A stretch of 64,000 nt of DNA from NCBI RefSeq assembly GCF_006345805.1, contig NC_042997.1, forward strand, positions 173,786,001 through 173,850,000. The letters run 5' to 3'. This DNA is from Octopus sinensis. Its lineage: Eukaryota. This document shows, piece by piece, positions 1-13,149 of this stretch. The position numbers and the translations under genes are program-made. Below the pieces are notes generated by a model that searched no databases, was not told where the DNA came from, and worked only from the letters and a program-made list of their open reading frames with translations. The stretch's first letter is position 1; each line of letters begins with the position of its first letter.

Positions 1-219
1 ATTTTATTTTCGAGTATTATGCATCTAGGACTGTTTAATTCAACATTCACCTCTCTTTCTTAAGTAGGAATGTGTTAAGGGAGATTTGTTATTAATTCCA
101 GCAAATCAGCCGACTATGTAAAGTCTTCCTCGTCGGGATGTATTGGTAGGTGTGTGTACGTGTATGTGTGCTTGTGTGTGTGTGTGTGTGTATGCGGGAG
201 TATGTATGTGCGCGTGCAA

Positions 220-269
<50 letters not shown>

Positions 270-271
270 AT

Positions 272-303
<32 letters not shown>

Positions 304-309
304 CATATA

Positions 310-728
310 TTAATTAATAAGGGTGAGAGAATTAGATACTAATTTAATAGTATGTCCATCAACACCAAGTGCCCAGTGCCTCGAGAACCTGGATTATTAT
401 ATATTTTATAATATATTATAATATTATTTTATACAAAAATAATATAAGAGAATGGTCACTATGTGGCTCATTCTAGCACTAGAAAATCCAAAGGTTTCAA
501 CCACAAAAATACATGTTTCACATGAAAGTCAGTACGATTGTTAGTCACACGAACAGGGCAAATAAAAAATAACAAAAATACATTGTTATTTTTATTTGCC
601 CTGTTCGTGTGAGCTAACAATCGTACTGACTTTCATGTGAAACATGTATTTTTGTGGTTGAAACCTTTTGGATTTTCTAGTGCTAGAATGAGCCACATAG
701 TGACCATTCTCTTATATTTATTTTTATA
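310..728. mobile_element. (TA)n-flanked fold-back element, ~145-bp inverted arms (431-575 / 583-728), 7-nt loop; probable PLE pseudo-LTR derivative
   Basis: Arms are near-perfect reverse complements. The left part (AAGGGTGAGAGAATTAGATACT...CACTATGTGG) recurs at 12055-12265 and, diverged, in the 30.1-kb array. Confidence 0.75.
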
Positions 729-1071
729 TATACATATATATATATATATATGTATAAATACATACATACATTCAAAGCGACGAAAAAATATGCTGACTGT
801 CCATTTATCGAATTTTCCCTGGATTTCAATATGGATCAGTCCACCATTTTTCATCTATGCTAGCTATATCGATGCTCGCAACTTACTAACTTCCAATACC
901 AGGAGCCTTGAATAGTACTCACCTACCTATTACTGTATGTGATATGTATATATGTAATATCTTTTATCACACACACACACACACACACACAACACACAGA
1001 TACAATGTATTTGTATGTACATATATATATATTATATATATTTGTAGTACATATATTATATTATTTGTAAC

Positions 1072-1192
<121 letters not shown>

Positions 1193-1244
1193 TGTGTGTG
1201 TGTGTATGATGATGTGATGCCGTCCATTATATATACATACAACA

Positions 1245-1425
1245 AAGTAACGAGAAAATATTTTGACACAAATTAAATTTAAATGTTGGAGTAAATCTAA
1301 CGGTTTTTTGTGCGTTTTTGAATGGCTTATAAACACCTTCCACGCTGCAATTGTATTTTGTTTCAGCACACGATCTCAGATCAAGTCTTGCTATGTACTT
1401 GCTATACAAGTACATCTCCGTTACT
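1245..1425 (-). repeat. Single-arm copy of the 61932-62262 fold-back family
   Basis: CCTTCCACGCTGCAATTG...CAGCACACGATCTCAGATCAA is the reverse complement of sequence at about 61960-62010. Confidence 0.75.
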
Positions 1426-1431
1426 ATATAT

Positions 1432-1580
1432 GTTTTCCGTCAACCAAATCCACGCACAAAGTTTTGGCCAGCTTGGGGCTTTAGTAGAAGATATGTGTGC
1501 AAGGTACCATGCTGTGGGACTGAACTCGGGACTATGTGGTTGGAAAGCAAACCTCTTACCACACAGCCACTCCTGCGCCT
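1432..1580 (-). mobile_element. tRNA-derived SINE family A, 5' half
   Basis: Reverse complement reads AGGCGCAGGAGTGGCTGTGTGGTAAGAG...GAGTTCAGTCCC (A/B-box-like); matches the full copy at 41182. Confidence 0.8.
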
Positions 1581-2133
1581 GTGTATATATCATTTACACA
1601 TATACGCATGTGCTCGAGAACGTGTGAATAAACAATCGGGCTGAACGAGCATATGTATCTACATAAATGTACGTCTTAAGATAGGTAGAGGAGCTACCTA
1701 TCTTTCTACAGGCGCTGAATCACGGGAACTCTAACATTTAACTGTATTGAATGGCACAGACGCAAATGGTAAGTAGCGTACTTCTTGCCACATTTTTTCT
1801 GCCTGCCATTACCTCAGCGCCATGTAAGTGGATGTCTAACTGTAATTTTGATGATACGCCATTTTGACACTGTAGTTATCATCAAATTTTAGATCATTTT
1901 ACAATATAGTTATCAAAAGAAAACAGTAAACGACAGGTTATTCTTTCTCTCAAGTACTCTACTTTCTTATGTGTCTCCTTTCTTTTCTTCTTTCCTTATC
2001 TTTTTTTCATTATTTTCTGCCTTCCATTTTTACACACAAAAACATACACACAAATATGCATACTTACATGATGCATACAAATAAATACACATAGGCACGC
2101 ACAAACACACACACACACACAACACACACACAT

Positions 2134-2203
<70 letters not shown>

Positions 2204-2595
2204 TATACGGTAGACAGACGCGCATTCTTGTGTTAGTTCGTATTCATTTCCCATCAGACAGACAAAACATCTTACAATTATAATAGTGTTCCTGACTTCA
2301 TATTTATCAGTTTTATCATACTTTCTCTTTTTCCTTTTCCTCTCTCTTCTCGACTCCCTCTACCTCCCCCTCTCATCTTCCCTGCCCCCTCTCTCTCTCT
2401 TTCTTTTTATTCGTACTGATCGTTTTCTCTCTGCCCTCACCACAATTTTTCACTTATTTCACTGCGTTAATAATTGATGCATATTTCTCAACGTTTATCC
2501 ACCTGTCTATCTAGCCATCCATCAATTTATAAATATATATGCATATCTGTATTTATATACGTATGTGTGTACGTGTATGCATATTTATGTGCCTA

Positions 2596-2672
<77 letters not shown>

Positions 2673-3095
2673 GTATATATGTATACATTAACACGCATAC
2701 ACATGTATAAACTCACATACTTATATATACATACCTATACACATACATACACACACGCAATACATATAATTAAACATATTAACACATATGTGATGGATCC
2801 TCCGTCTGTTTCGACGATGAAAAAAGTCATGTGTTCCATCAACTGAATGCCGACCCATTAAATTAACGCATAAGCGGGTGAGTAAGGTACACATACATAT
2901 GTACCCCTATCCTGATTCCAAAGAATGGAATCACTGTGTCTTGGTTGACCACATCTATTGCATCTACAGCCCATGAAACAGACCCCGACACAGCTTCCAT
3001 CTGCCTAATATCGGCCACACGGCTTAGGGGGACCCGAAGCTTTCGGATCTCATGATTGTAAAGAAACCTTTTACTCTTTCGACTTTCTGTGTTTC

Positions 3096-3133
<38 letters not shown>

Positions 3134-3211
3134 CACACACACACACGTAAAATATACTATATCTGTGCGTATATGTATGTAAATATACAGATGTCTGTCT
3201 GTCTGCCTGTC

Positions 3212-3258
<47 letters not shown>

Positions 3259-6200
3259 GCACACACACATATATATGTATACATACGTATATGCATGAAT
3301 TCCCGAGAATATTTATTAATAGCATTTAAATCCATACTGTTGTTGACATTAGTTATCCGAATACAGAGAACGGGCTTTAAACGGCATACTACAAGGTGAG
3401 TACCCAAATTTAAAATTATTACTTATATATATATATACACACACACACATATATATACATTTATGTATGTGTGTGTGTTTGTGTGCCTGCGGATGCGTAG
3501 GTGCGCGCGCACGAACGTGCTCATCATCATCAGCATGTGTATATGGCCATGTATATATTTAATTGATAATATTAAAATCACTCGTTCACTTGTTGAAGTT
3601 AAATTTTAAACATGGAACGGCCCCCGGGTATGCGTGTTCCATCATATCAGATGTTTTTTCAATATTGGCTTTTTGTTGGAAAATTAATTAATTCATATAT
3701 CGATCCATCATCACCTGCTGATAATAATCGAAAAAAAAAAAGAAAGAAATATAAAAAGATTTGAAATCGCGCTTATCTGAAATACACTATTCGTTTATAT
3801 TGTCTATATACAAATATTATATTCTATAAATTATTTTACTTTATATCGTAATTTATTTATTATATGTTTTTATATTGCATTGTGACGTAGGCATTAAAAT
3901 CTATATACCGCTGATATTTTACACCAAATAAAATATATAACCCTATATACTCATATATGTATGTAAATAGCTCTCTCTCTTCTTCTTCTCTCTCTCTTTC
4001 CCTCTCACTCTTTCCTTCTTCTCTCTCTGTCTCAGGCGCACGCGTGTTTGCAAGTGCAAACACACTCTCGTAAATCATCTCAAAACTGGTTTTCATTTGA
4101 ATCTTGCGCATTTTTTTTCTTCCTGTAAACCTATCTTTCTTCGAAATCTTCGAAGACCTCGTCTAATGATACAATTGATACATTCGCTTGAGAAATGTTA
4201 ACCTTCTATAAATAAGGTTAACTGATATGTTATTTTTGAAATAGTGTCGTGCTATGCGCGTTTGTTTTGTTGTAACTCTTTTTTGTGTCTTACTGTAGCA
4301 GATGAAAATAGTTATTTTTGATACCTGAGCTATCACAAGCGCATACCTATTTCTCATCTTCGTATAAATGAAATAGGGGTCGTCTTGCTATTTGTTGCTT
4401 AGATCCTAGACAACCCTCATTAAGCAGACATCTCATTAAAATTGCTCATGAAAAAAAAAAGCATCTAGAACCATCGAAGTTGTTACAAATGCTAGACCAT
4501 GCTATTCTCTGACAACCTCTGACGACGACTTTAGAAATATGGCTAAAACTGATACTCAGTGACTATATCAGAAAATACTTCTCTTTGGTCAGATGCTAAC
4601 GTTCAGCAAAGCTTGTTTAAATGAAATCCATATTGGTGAATTATGCATACCTAGAATTGCGCTCCTACCACTATTCTATAAGGAATCAAAGGAAACGTAA
4701 TCAATCTTGGCACTTGACAAGCAATCACAAGTACATCAGAATTAATAGTGACGATTATTACATGTAAGTTACCCTAGGCGTCCACTCAAAAATGTAATTT
4801 CAGTGACCCAGAAACTTGCAAACTTGATCAGGTATGTATAGTTACCCCGTATGTATACGATATCTGTGACACCCCCAGTTCTACAAAATAACGAAACTGA
4901 AAGAAAGATCAATGTGAAAGTAATTCCAAAAACTGGTATACCAGTCACCAGTCTTCTTTCTGGTATGTAGATAAGAAGAAAACTACTAAGCTAGGTAGCT
5001 TAGAGTGATCTACGTCTTATACTTTTTGGTCAAGGAAAATGCAGATTTTGTATAGCTAAAAGAACTGATATCATTTTTAAATCTAAGAAAACTACGAACC
5101 CGCTGAACTAGAGTTGTTTCACCAGTCTACGACTTTCAGGTGTTTTGGCGCTCATTGCTATGAGGGAATCGTCCCCGGGACGCTATGCCTCAACGAACCG
5201 GCGAACAAGCAAAACAGTCGGATTGCCTATGTGTGTTCGATGATGTCAGATTGCCTATGTGCGTACCGCTGTTTTTAATTTGTAATTGAATTTAATCTTA
5301 CGTATTCATTGTCGTGGCATATCAGCAAATGGTTCTTACATTATTTGTATAAAGTCATGGACTGGCGGGCGATTCGGTTTTTCCCCAGTTCGGTTAATGT
5401 ACGTGATGTTGATAAGCCACAAAAATGGCGGAATATCGATATCCATCACACCTGAATGGGATTAGCGGCGAGTTGGCTTACCTGTCTACGACTTTCAGAC
5501 GTTTTGGAGCTCTGTGCTGTAAGGGAATCGTCTCCAAGGCGCTATGCCGAAACGAACCGGCGAACAAGCAAAACACATACTTTGAGTATGTGTGGTTGAT
5601 GGTGTTTACAGCACTAGCGCTGCTCTTAATTCGTGATTGAATATGTGTATGTGTGTATGCGTGGGCGTGCGTGTTTGATATGCGTGTGCGATGCGTGCAT
5701 ATGTGTGTGCATGTGTGTGCGTGTGTGTGTGTGTGTGTGAATCAAAGTGGAGTATAGAAACGATAACCGAAAAAGGGCAAATAAACATGGAAATCTTCTC
5801 ATCAACCATGAAGACCAGATCAAATGCGCAGTTTAGGTGCGTTTCAAGTCTAAAGACGTTCATCTACGCATCACTGCCTTCCGCAGAGTTTTCCATCGAA
5901 ATATTTGCTCACAAGACATTGATCGCCCTAAGTCAATAGGTGAAAACATTTGCTCAAGGTAAACGTGTAGTTGGATAGAACCCGAAACCACGTAATAGTA
6001 AAAACAAACTTCTTGACCTTTAAGTAGTTACTATGAAATGTAGAACTAGTTTCTCAATGAAAAAAAGTGTTTCACTCAATGGAATTTAGATGACAAACAG
6101 TCAAGTGCAACACTAATTTTTTTTAAATACCTGCATATTTCCGCTTTTCCGTTGACAGACTGGATTTACCAGTGATTTCTGTTTTTGTCTCACTACTTCT

Positions 6201-6289
6201 CAATGTTATGACTTCTACATTTAGTAATAATATGTAAGTGCAACAATAATCACAGATACATCAATAAAACTGCATAAGCTGGCTAAACG

Positions 6290-6355
<66 letters not shown>

Positions 6356-7051
6356 ATATATATTTATACAGAGAAGTGATATAGTGAGACAAGGGAAGAG
6401 AGAGAAAAAAGAAAGAGAGAAAGAACGAGGAAGAGGAAGCAAGAAAGAAAGAGATGGGATGAAGGATAATGTGCGTACGTGTGAGCTTTGTGAAACGGTG
6501 CGTCTGCGAATATTTGTGAGACATATACGCACACATCTTGCACAGTATGTACGTACGGTGCGTGATGGTTTTTGTGTGTTTATAAACGTGTGTCTTTCCA
6601 GCTCTCTGAACTGTATTTGTATGAAGTGAACTAACTGGTTGTCTGCCCGATATAATCCTATAAATATGTGATGAGCCAAGTGTAGTGTTTGTCAGGCTGA
6701 CGTGTTGTGTTTCTGCGAGCCTCACTGATCGCCGACTTTTCTGACAACAAATATCTGATAGGTATCCATCACAGATGACAGTTACTATTGACGACATATC
6801 CGCCATTTCTGATTGGCCTTCTTCCTTTCTCTTGTCACTCAACCCCCGCAACTCTTTCTCTTTCTCTTTCTCTCTCTCTCTTTCGCTCTATCTCTCTATC
6901 TCTCTTTCTCTCTCTCTCTTACATTCTTTCATCCATTCTTGTCTTTCTTTTGTTCTTTTATTCTCTCACACATTTCTTTCTCTTATTCTGTCTTACATTC
7001 TTTTTCCCCGTGTAGTTTTGGTATATCGTTAACTACAGCTACTATCACTGT

Positions 7052-7099
7052 TGCTGCTGCCACCACCACCACCACCACCACCACCACCACCACTACTAG

Positions 7100-7135
<36 letters not shown>

Positions 7136-7366
7136 CACTACCACCACTACTACTACAACTACTACTACTACTACTACTACTACCGCGACCACCACTACTA
7201 CTACTACAACTACTACTACTACTACTACCGCAACCACTACTACTACTACTACTACTACTGCTGCTACTGCTACTACTACTACCACGACCACCATACCACT
7301 ACTACTACTACTACTACCGCGACCACCACTACCACCACCACCACCACCACCACCACCACCACCACC

Positions 7367-7408
<42 letters not shown>
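7052..7408. repeat. Compound (ACC)n/(ACT)n trinucleotide microsatellite
   Basis: Visible repeats; source of the poly-T/P/L/H/V ORFs. Confidence 0.95.
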
Positions 7409-7409
<1 letters not shown>

Positions 7410-7514
7410 TGAGAAATATAGTTTTAATGTGATGGTCACGGATAGATCACTTGATATCTTGATAATATTCTACTTTACTTCATCCCTCTGGCGGTGGATT
7501 GAAGCAACCACTAG

Positions 7515-8560
7515 TGAAACACCTTGTTAGATTGAATTTTTATTAGTTAATACGGAGCTGGTCCACTTTTAGCAGCAAGTCACAGTTTTAATTTTCAACA
7601 CATGGAGGAATTGACATGTACAGGTTTTGGACCATTGTTAGTGGAATTTTGAGCCATTCTTCAATTAAGACCTACTTGAGCTCTTTCAATTACGATGGCA
7701 TAGGGAAGCGGCTCCTCACTTGTTGTGCTCCAAAATGTACTATAAATGTTTGATTATATGAAAGCCTGTAATTGCTGGAGCAAATCCAAGTGGACAACTT
7801 CACTTGTGCTTTTCGAACCAATTTTGAACAACATTAGCTGTGTGAGTTGGTGCATTGTCATCTTCCATCAGGAAGCAATGTTTGAACAAAACTTTAGGAT
7901 TAACAAGACCAGCTAGAATGCTCAGATAATCTTTGGCGCTAATTCTACCATGTAGAACAACTAAAGCATCATAAGAATCCTATGATATGGCTGCCTGAAT
8001 CATCATAGACTCACATCTATGTTTCACGGTAGGAGGCAAACAGTAAATTTTGAAGCCTTCTTTGGGCTGCCTTAAGACAAACTCACCTCAATGTAGGTAA
8101 AAACAGCGAAGATGATACTTCAGAGAAGATGCTCCTTAGAGCCATTGACCACTTTTGATAATCTAGACACCATTCTTGCCACTTATCAATGTTAAGGTGG
8201 GGAACAGGAGAGAATTAGCAATTGGAGCTCTCTCATGGTATCCAACTTCATAGAACTCACGCACGACGAATGTTTTAGTTTGACACAGGGTTGGTGAGGT
8301 GATGATTTAGCTCTGCTGTGGTGTTTAGACAGAATACGCTTCGATACTCTGCGGTTCCGGTTTCGAGATTTGTCTTCCACCCAGAATTATGGTTCCCTGA
8401 GTTTGGTTTTACCTTGGCTTTGGAATGTCAACATGCTTTTAGAGACTGTAACTCTCGAAGCATTAAACAATTCAACAGATTCAGTGACAGAAGTTCCACT
8501 TATCCGCACTCCAGCAATTTTCCCTATTTGGAAATCAGACAGTCACGCATCGCAACTAAT
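7515..8560 (-). mobile_element. Degenerate Tc1-like transposase
   Basis: Minus-strand translation gives LSDFQIGKIAGVRISGTSVTESVELFNASRVTVSK at the N-terminus and LAAKSGPAPY* at the C-terminus, collinear with the Tc1 at 53.7-54.9 kb; many stops and frameshifts. Confidence 0.75.
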
Positions 8561-8720
8561 TTAAAAACTAGATATCTGTTGAAAAAAGAAGAAACAAACG
8601 GCCATATCATGAGGTAGGGGATACAGATTACGTATATGAACGCATATATACAGGCTAAAAAAGTTTTCAATTTGTCATAATTAAATATGGAATGGAAACC
8701 CTACTGTTTTGTCCAAACCC

Positions 8721-8799
<79 letters not shown>

Positions 8800-8850
8800 G
8801 TCTGTCTGTCTGTCTGTCTGTATCTCTCTCTCTCTCTCTCTCCTCTGCAT
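8721..8850. repeat. (TCTA)n/(TCTG)n/(TC)n microsatellite
   Basis: Visible repeats. Confidence 0.95.
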
Positions 8851-8924
8851 ATGCATATATATGGTGCATATACATCTCTCTCTCTCTATATAACCATATT
8901 GTGTATACATACACCCCCCCATAT

Positions 8925-8958
<34 letters not shown>

Positions 8959-8960
8959 AT

Positions 8961-9075
8961 AACACTGTGATCGACCGGTCTATCAGATGCTGCTACACAT
9001 CGCTGGTCACAATGCGCTTCGCATTGTTTTAGCCTTCAAGTGAGGCCATCCCGCTGGCTAAGCGAGGCAGGCCAA
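8961..9075 (-). mobile_element. SINE family C, 3' fragment
   Basis: Reverse complement matches the 3' part of the copy at 23103-23408 (TTGAAGGCTAAAACAAT...TTGTGACCAGCGATGT). Confidence 0.75.
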
Positions 9076-9083
9076 TATATACA

Positions 9084-9128
<45 letters not shown>

Positions 9129-9194
9129 TTTTAAACGGTAAGATAACAAAGAAAGAAAGAGACCTCAATATTATGTAAATAGAGGAAATTTATC

Positions 9195-9398
9195 TATAAA
9201 ATAATATGTACATTACTCGATAGTCAAGATAAAACTCTGAGTTTCAGATGCCGAAGTGGGAATCCACAAAGCCATCTCTTCGGTTATCTGGCTATTTGAA
9301 AAACGCTATGAAAAAATACCCGTTGTGGATTCCCACTTCGGCATCTGAAACTCAGAGTTTTATCTTGACTATCGAGTAATGTAACATATTATTTTATA
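9195..9398. repeat. Fold-back element, ~75-bp arms (9195-9269 / 9323-9398)
   Basis: Arms are near-perfect reverse complements and (TA)n-flanked; related fragments at about 18640-18710 and 22130-22190. Confidence 0.85.
9228..9288 (-). ncRNA. Variant type I hammerhead-like motif
   Basis: Minus strand: GATAA-CCGAAGA-GATG..CATCT-GAAA-CTCAGAG-TT/TTATC. Stem I GATAA/TTATC pairs; the core has C at position 4 and a GUU site; stem II register is off by one. Confidence 0.45.
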
Positions 9399-9429
9399 TA
9401 TATATATATATATATATATCACATTTCAG

Positions 9430-10530
9430 GTGACAATGTACTTGAAGCTTGTTAGCTGTTCTTAATGTCGAGCAAAACCAAGATAGAAGTCTTGTAATTG
9501 CCAGCCAAAAACTTTTACATCTTATCACTGATTTGTTGATTGATATAGCAAAGCATAATTCTGTTGGAGATTACTCGCACTTCAACTGAAACAGTATCTC
9601 TGATGTTTGACGACATGAGGCAATTATGCATGTATTATTAATCAGTTACCAATGCAGAGCTTCAATTGAACACTATTTTATAGAAACATTCAAGGAGCTC
9701 TAACTTTAAGCTATAGTTAGTGAGGAGACATTCTTAGAGGTTCTAAATGATTTAGAAACTCCGTATTATTGTTTACTTTATTTTCATCAATAACCGTATC
9801 ATCTAATTTGTAAATACAAGTTTTTAGTTCATAAATTTAACTATCACCGTTTTTGATGTCAATATTGCTTTTTCGCGCAAGCAAGTAAAATTTTTGTAAC
9901 AGCATGTTATTAAATCCTTTTTGTTAATTATTATTAATTTGTTACTGCTTTGAACCACTGTACTGCTTATTGTTATTAGAATAACTTTATTATCAGAGTC
10001 GACAGGAAATTTTCTTTCTGCAAACTGTGGCAAAGTTTGAGCAAAAAGAACTGAATTGTGATCACCATATATATTGTTCGTATGCTAGTCGTGTTACAAA
10101 CAAGATTGTTTAAGGTATGCCTGAATTTCATCAGGTTTTGTTCCGCTGACAGAATCTGATGAACATTTCTTGGTAACACAACTGTTACGCAGTCCGTGAA
10201 CGTCTTCAGGTTTCTCACATCTTAGTGAGTTTTGTTCAGGGTCTGTAATGCATTTTTGTTGTACATTCACCCAAGCCTATAAGTTCACATCCTTTAATAA
10301 CTTCATCCATGCTTGTAACTTTTGTAATTTTTCCAAATAGCTTCGTTACGAGTAGTTAAAATCCAGAGTGGTTGTTGGGACAGATTGAACTGAGCGTGAC
10401 ACACTCACAGGGAGGCACAACAACACTTTAGTTGGCTTGTGATCTTAGTTCAGTAGTAAATTTGAGAAAAAGGCTTTCCTAATACCACCGGGGGCATCTC
10501 AAAAGTAGATGCCGCCATTCTGTTGCGGCA
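9430..10530 (-). mobile_element. Helitron PIF1-like helicase remnant
   Basis: Minus-strand frames give IYF*DAPGG, DEIQAYLKQSCL, LREKAILTSK, TEFLNHLEP, SPH*L*LKVRAP and LCFAISINKS, matching the Helitron helicase motif order. Confidence 0.8.
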
Positions 10531-11017
10531 TATTATTCTTTATACGCGAAAATGTAGTTCTCTGATCAAGAAACAATCTGAGTTCATTTTCATTTGTATA
10601 TTCAGTTAAGGAGACGAATTGGCAGCAAGATGGTTGATCTGAGTGTTTTTATTTTGATCTTCAGATAAGCATTTGCTAGGAAAATTGTTTCTCTAAATGT
10701 AATGGGGCGTTCTAGAAAAGCATGTTACAGTTTAACATTTTATTGAACAAATATAAAAGGGGCGTAGCTTATTACTGGGAAAAAGCACCTTCTTTAAAGA
10801 ATGATATAACAATATTTATTTAACATAAAGAATAATATATTTTTTGTACTCTAATCTGATTGTCAATATGAAGCAGACATACAACCTTGTTTTCAACTCA
10901 TTTTAAAGGAAGTTCTAAACTCAGTAATCGAAAGAAAACTTTTATGCTTTCCAGTATTATTTACATTTTATTATGCGCATTATTCCAATAATAATTGTCA
11001 ATTTACTCATTGAAAAA

Positions 11018-11225
11018 GGTGGCGAACTGTCAGAATCGTTAGCACGCCGGGGTAAAATGCTTAGAGGCATTTCGCTTGTCTTTACTGTCTGAGTTCAAAT
11101 TTCGCCGAGGTCTACTTTGCTTTCATCCTTTCGGGGTCGATAAAGTAAGTACCAGCACCGAGATCTATGTAATCGACTTGCTTCCTACCTCGAAATTGTT
11201 GGCCCTATGCCAAAATTTAAGCCAA
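11018..11225 (+). mobile_element. tRNA-derived SINE family B
   Basis: GGTGGCGAACTGTCAGAATCGTTAGCACGCCGGG...GAGTTCAAATT (B box)...GGGGTCGATAAA; multiple copies in the window. Confidence 0.8.
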
Positions 11226-11387
11226 TTTACCCATTGAATATTGCACAAAATACAAAAGAAGTAGAATTATTAATTTCTTTTTGTAAAAAATTGCTTATTA
11301 TGAAGTAATTTTTAATTTATAATTTCAACCGTTTTTTTTTGAGCGAACAAACGTACATATGTGTGTGTGTGTATGCGCGTGTGTGTA

Positions 11388-11487
11388 NNNNNNNNNNNNN
11401 NNNNNNNNNNNNNNNNNNNNNNNNNNNNNNNNNNNNNNNNNNNNNNNNNNNNNNNNNNNNNNNNNNNNNNNNNNNNNNNNNNNNNNN
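11388..11487. other. Assembly gap (100 N)
   Basis: Exactly 100 N. Confidence 0.98.
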
Positions 11488-11542
11488 GACATGCACAAAC
11501 ATACAAATGCACACACGCACACACACAGAGACAGATACTCAC

Positions 11543-11593
<51 letters not shown>

Positions 11594-11907
11594 CACTGAG
11601 CAAATGCTCCTTATTTGCTAATCGATTTTTATTATGTAATATCATCTTCGTTTACGATAGCTGAGTACATTTGAAGTACACCAGCATGTGTTTATGTATG
11701 TGTAAATGTGTGTTTGCGTGTGTATATATGCGTATGTATGTGCTAGCATGTATATGTATGTATATATATATGTATGTATATACATATATGTATATGTAAA
11801 TATATGTATATATTTGTGTATGTATTTATATGTATATGTATTTATATATATATATATGTATATATACATGTGTGTGTGTATATATATATATATTATGTAC
11901 ATATATA

Positions 11908-11976
<69 letters not shown>

Positions 11977-12020
11977 CTATATATATATATGTATGTATAT
12001 AGTATATAAATATATAATAT

Positions 12021-12054
<34 letters not shown>

Positions 12055-12057
<3 letters not shown>

Positions 12058-12265
12058 ATTAATTAATAAGGGTGAGAGAATTAGATACTAATTTAATAGT
12101 ATACCTATTCAACACCAAGTGCCCAGTGCCCCGAGAAACCGGATTATTATATATTTTATAACATATTATAATATTTTATACAAAAATAAATATAAGAGAG
12201 TGGTCACTATGTGGCTCACTCTAGCACTAGAATAGATCCAATAGGTTTCAACCACATTATTTATA
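12055..12265 (+). repeat. Second copy (single arm) of the 310-728 family
   Basis: High similarity to 310-505; embedded in (TA)n on both sides. Confidence 0.85.
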
Positions 12266-12284
12266 TATATATATATATATATAT

Positions 12285-12323
<39 letters not shown>

Positions 12324-13149
12324 TAAACACGTGTACCGTGATGCAATTCGAATAGCCCGCCTCTTACATAGATATATAAGTGTGAACAATTACATGTACT
12401 ATGCTGGATACATGCGGTGTTCATCTGGTATGTTGATTTTTTGTTTATTTTTATGTGTCTTGATTATGCTTGCACTGACGATTAAAGAAGTGCATTTTGT
12501 GCTCTAATTATGAAATCATATGATCTGTAGCTGAATATGTTTTTAAAAGGCTCGCTTCGAGAGTTGCATTCCCTCGCATTTGGTACGTGTTTATTATGGT
12601 AGTTTTGATTTTAAGAGTCTCTCCTAATGTGAGGCATTTATATATAGTAATGCTCTTAATATGAATAAATATATTTAAAGGGAATGATTAAAAATTTTTT
12701 CCCTTATGAGGTTTATCACGCTACTTGATATATATATGCGTAATACGTACGCGCACAGAAATGTATTAAAGTATGTATTCATGCATATATACATATATAC
12801 ATATACACACATCATTTATGTGTGAATATATTTATGTGTGTGTCTGTGTCTGTGTATACGTATGTGTATGTATATACACGTACATATTTATTCAAGTACT
12901 CATATAATATGCAAATTCAAACATATGCGTGTGTATGCGTGTGTATGCGTTTGTGTGCGTGTGTGCGTGTTTGCGTGTGTGCATGTGTATGTGTGTATGT
13001 ATATGTGTGTTAATAGCATGTAGGTAGTAAGCAATTCTATGGAGAGCTGAACAGTAGAACTTTTCCCGTTTTATACAATTATTTGAGTCTACAACACGTT
13101 ATATTCTAAGGGAATTCTTTTTGGCTGCTTCTTTCATTGTCTTTAGAGT

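Noticed and set aside
4380-4900. HIGELCIPRIALLP resembling Helitron FIPRI
   Set aside because: One short motif only; downstream motifs not convincingly present.
6261-6851. 196-aa minus-strand ORF
   Set aside because: Runs through (TA)n and purine-rich simple sequence; no recognisable domain.
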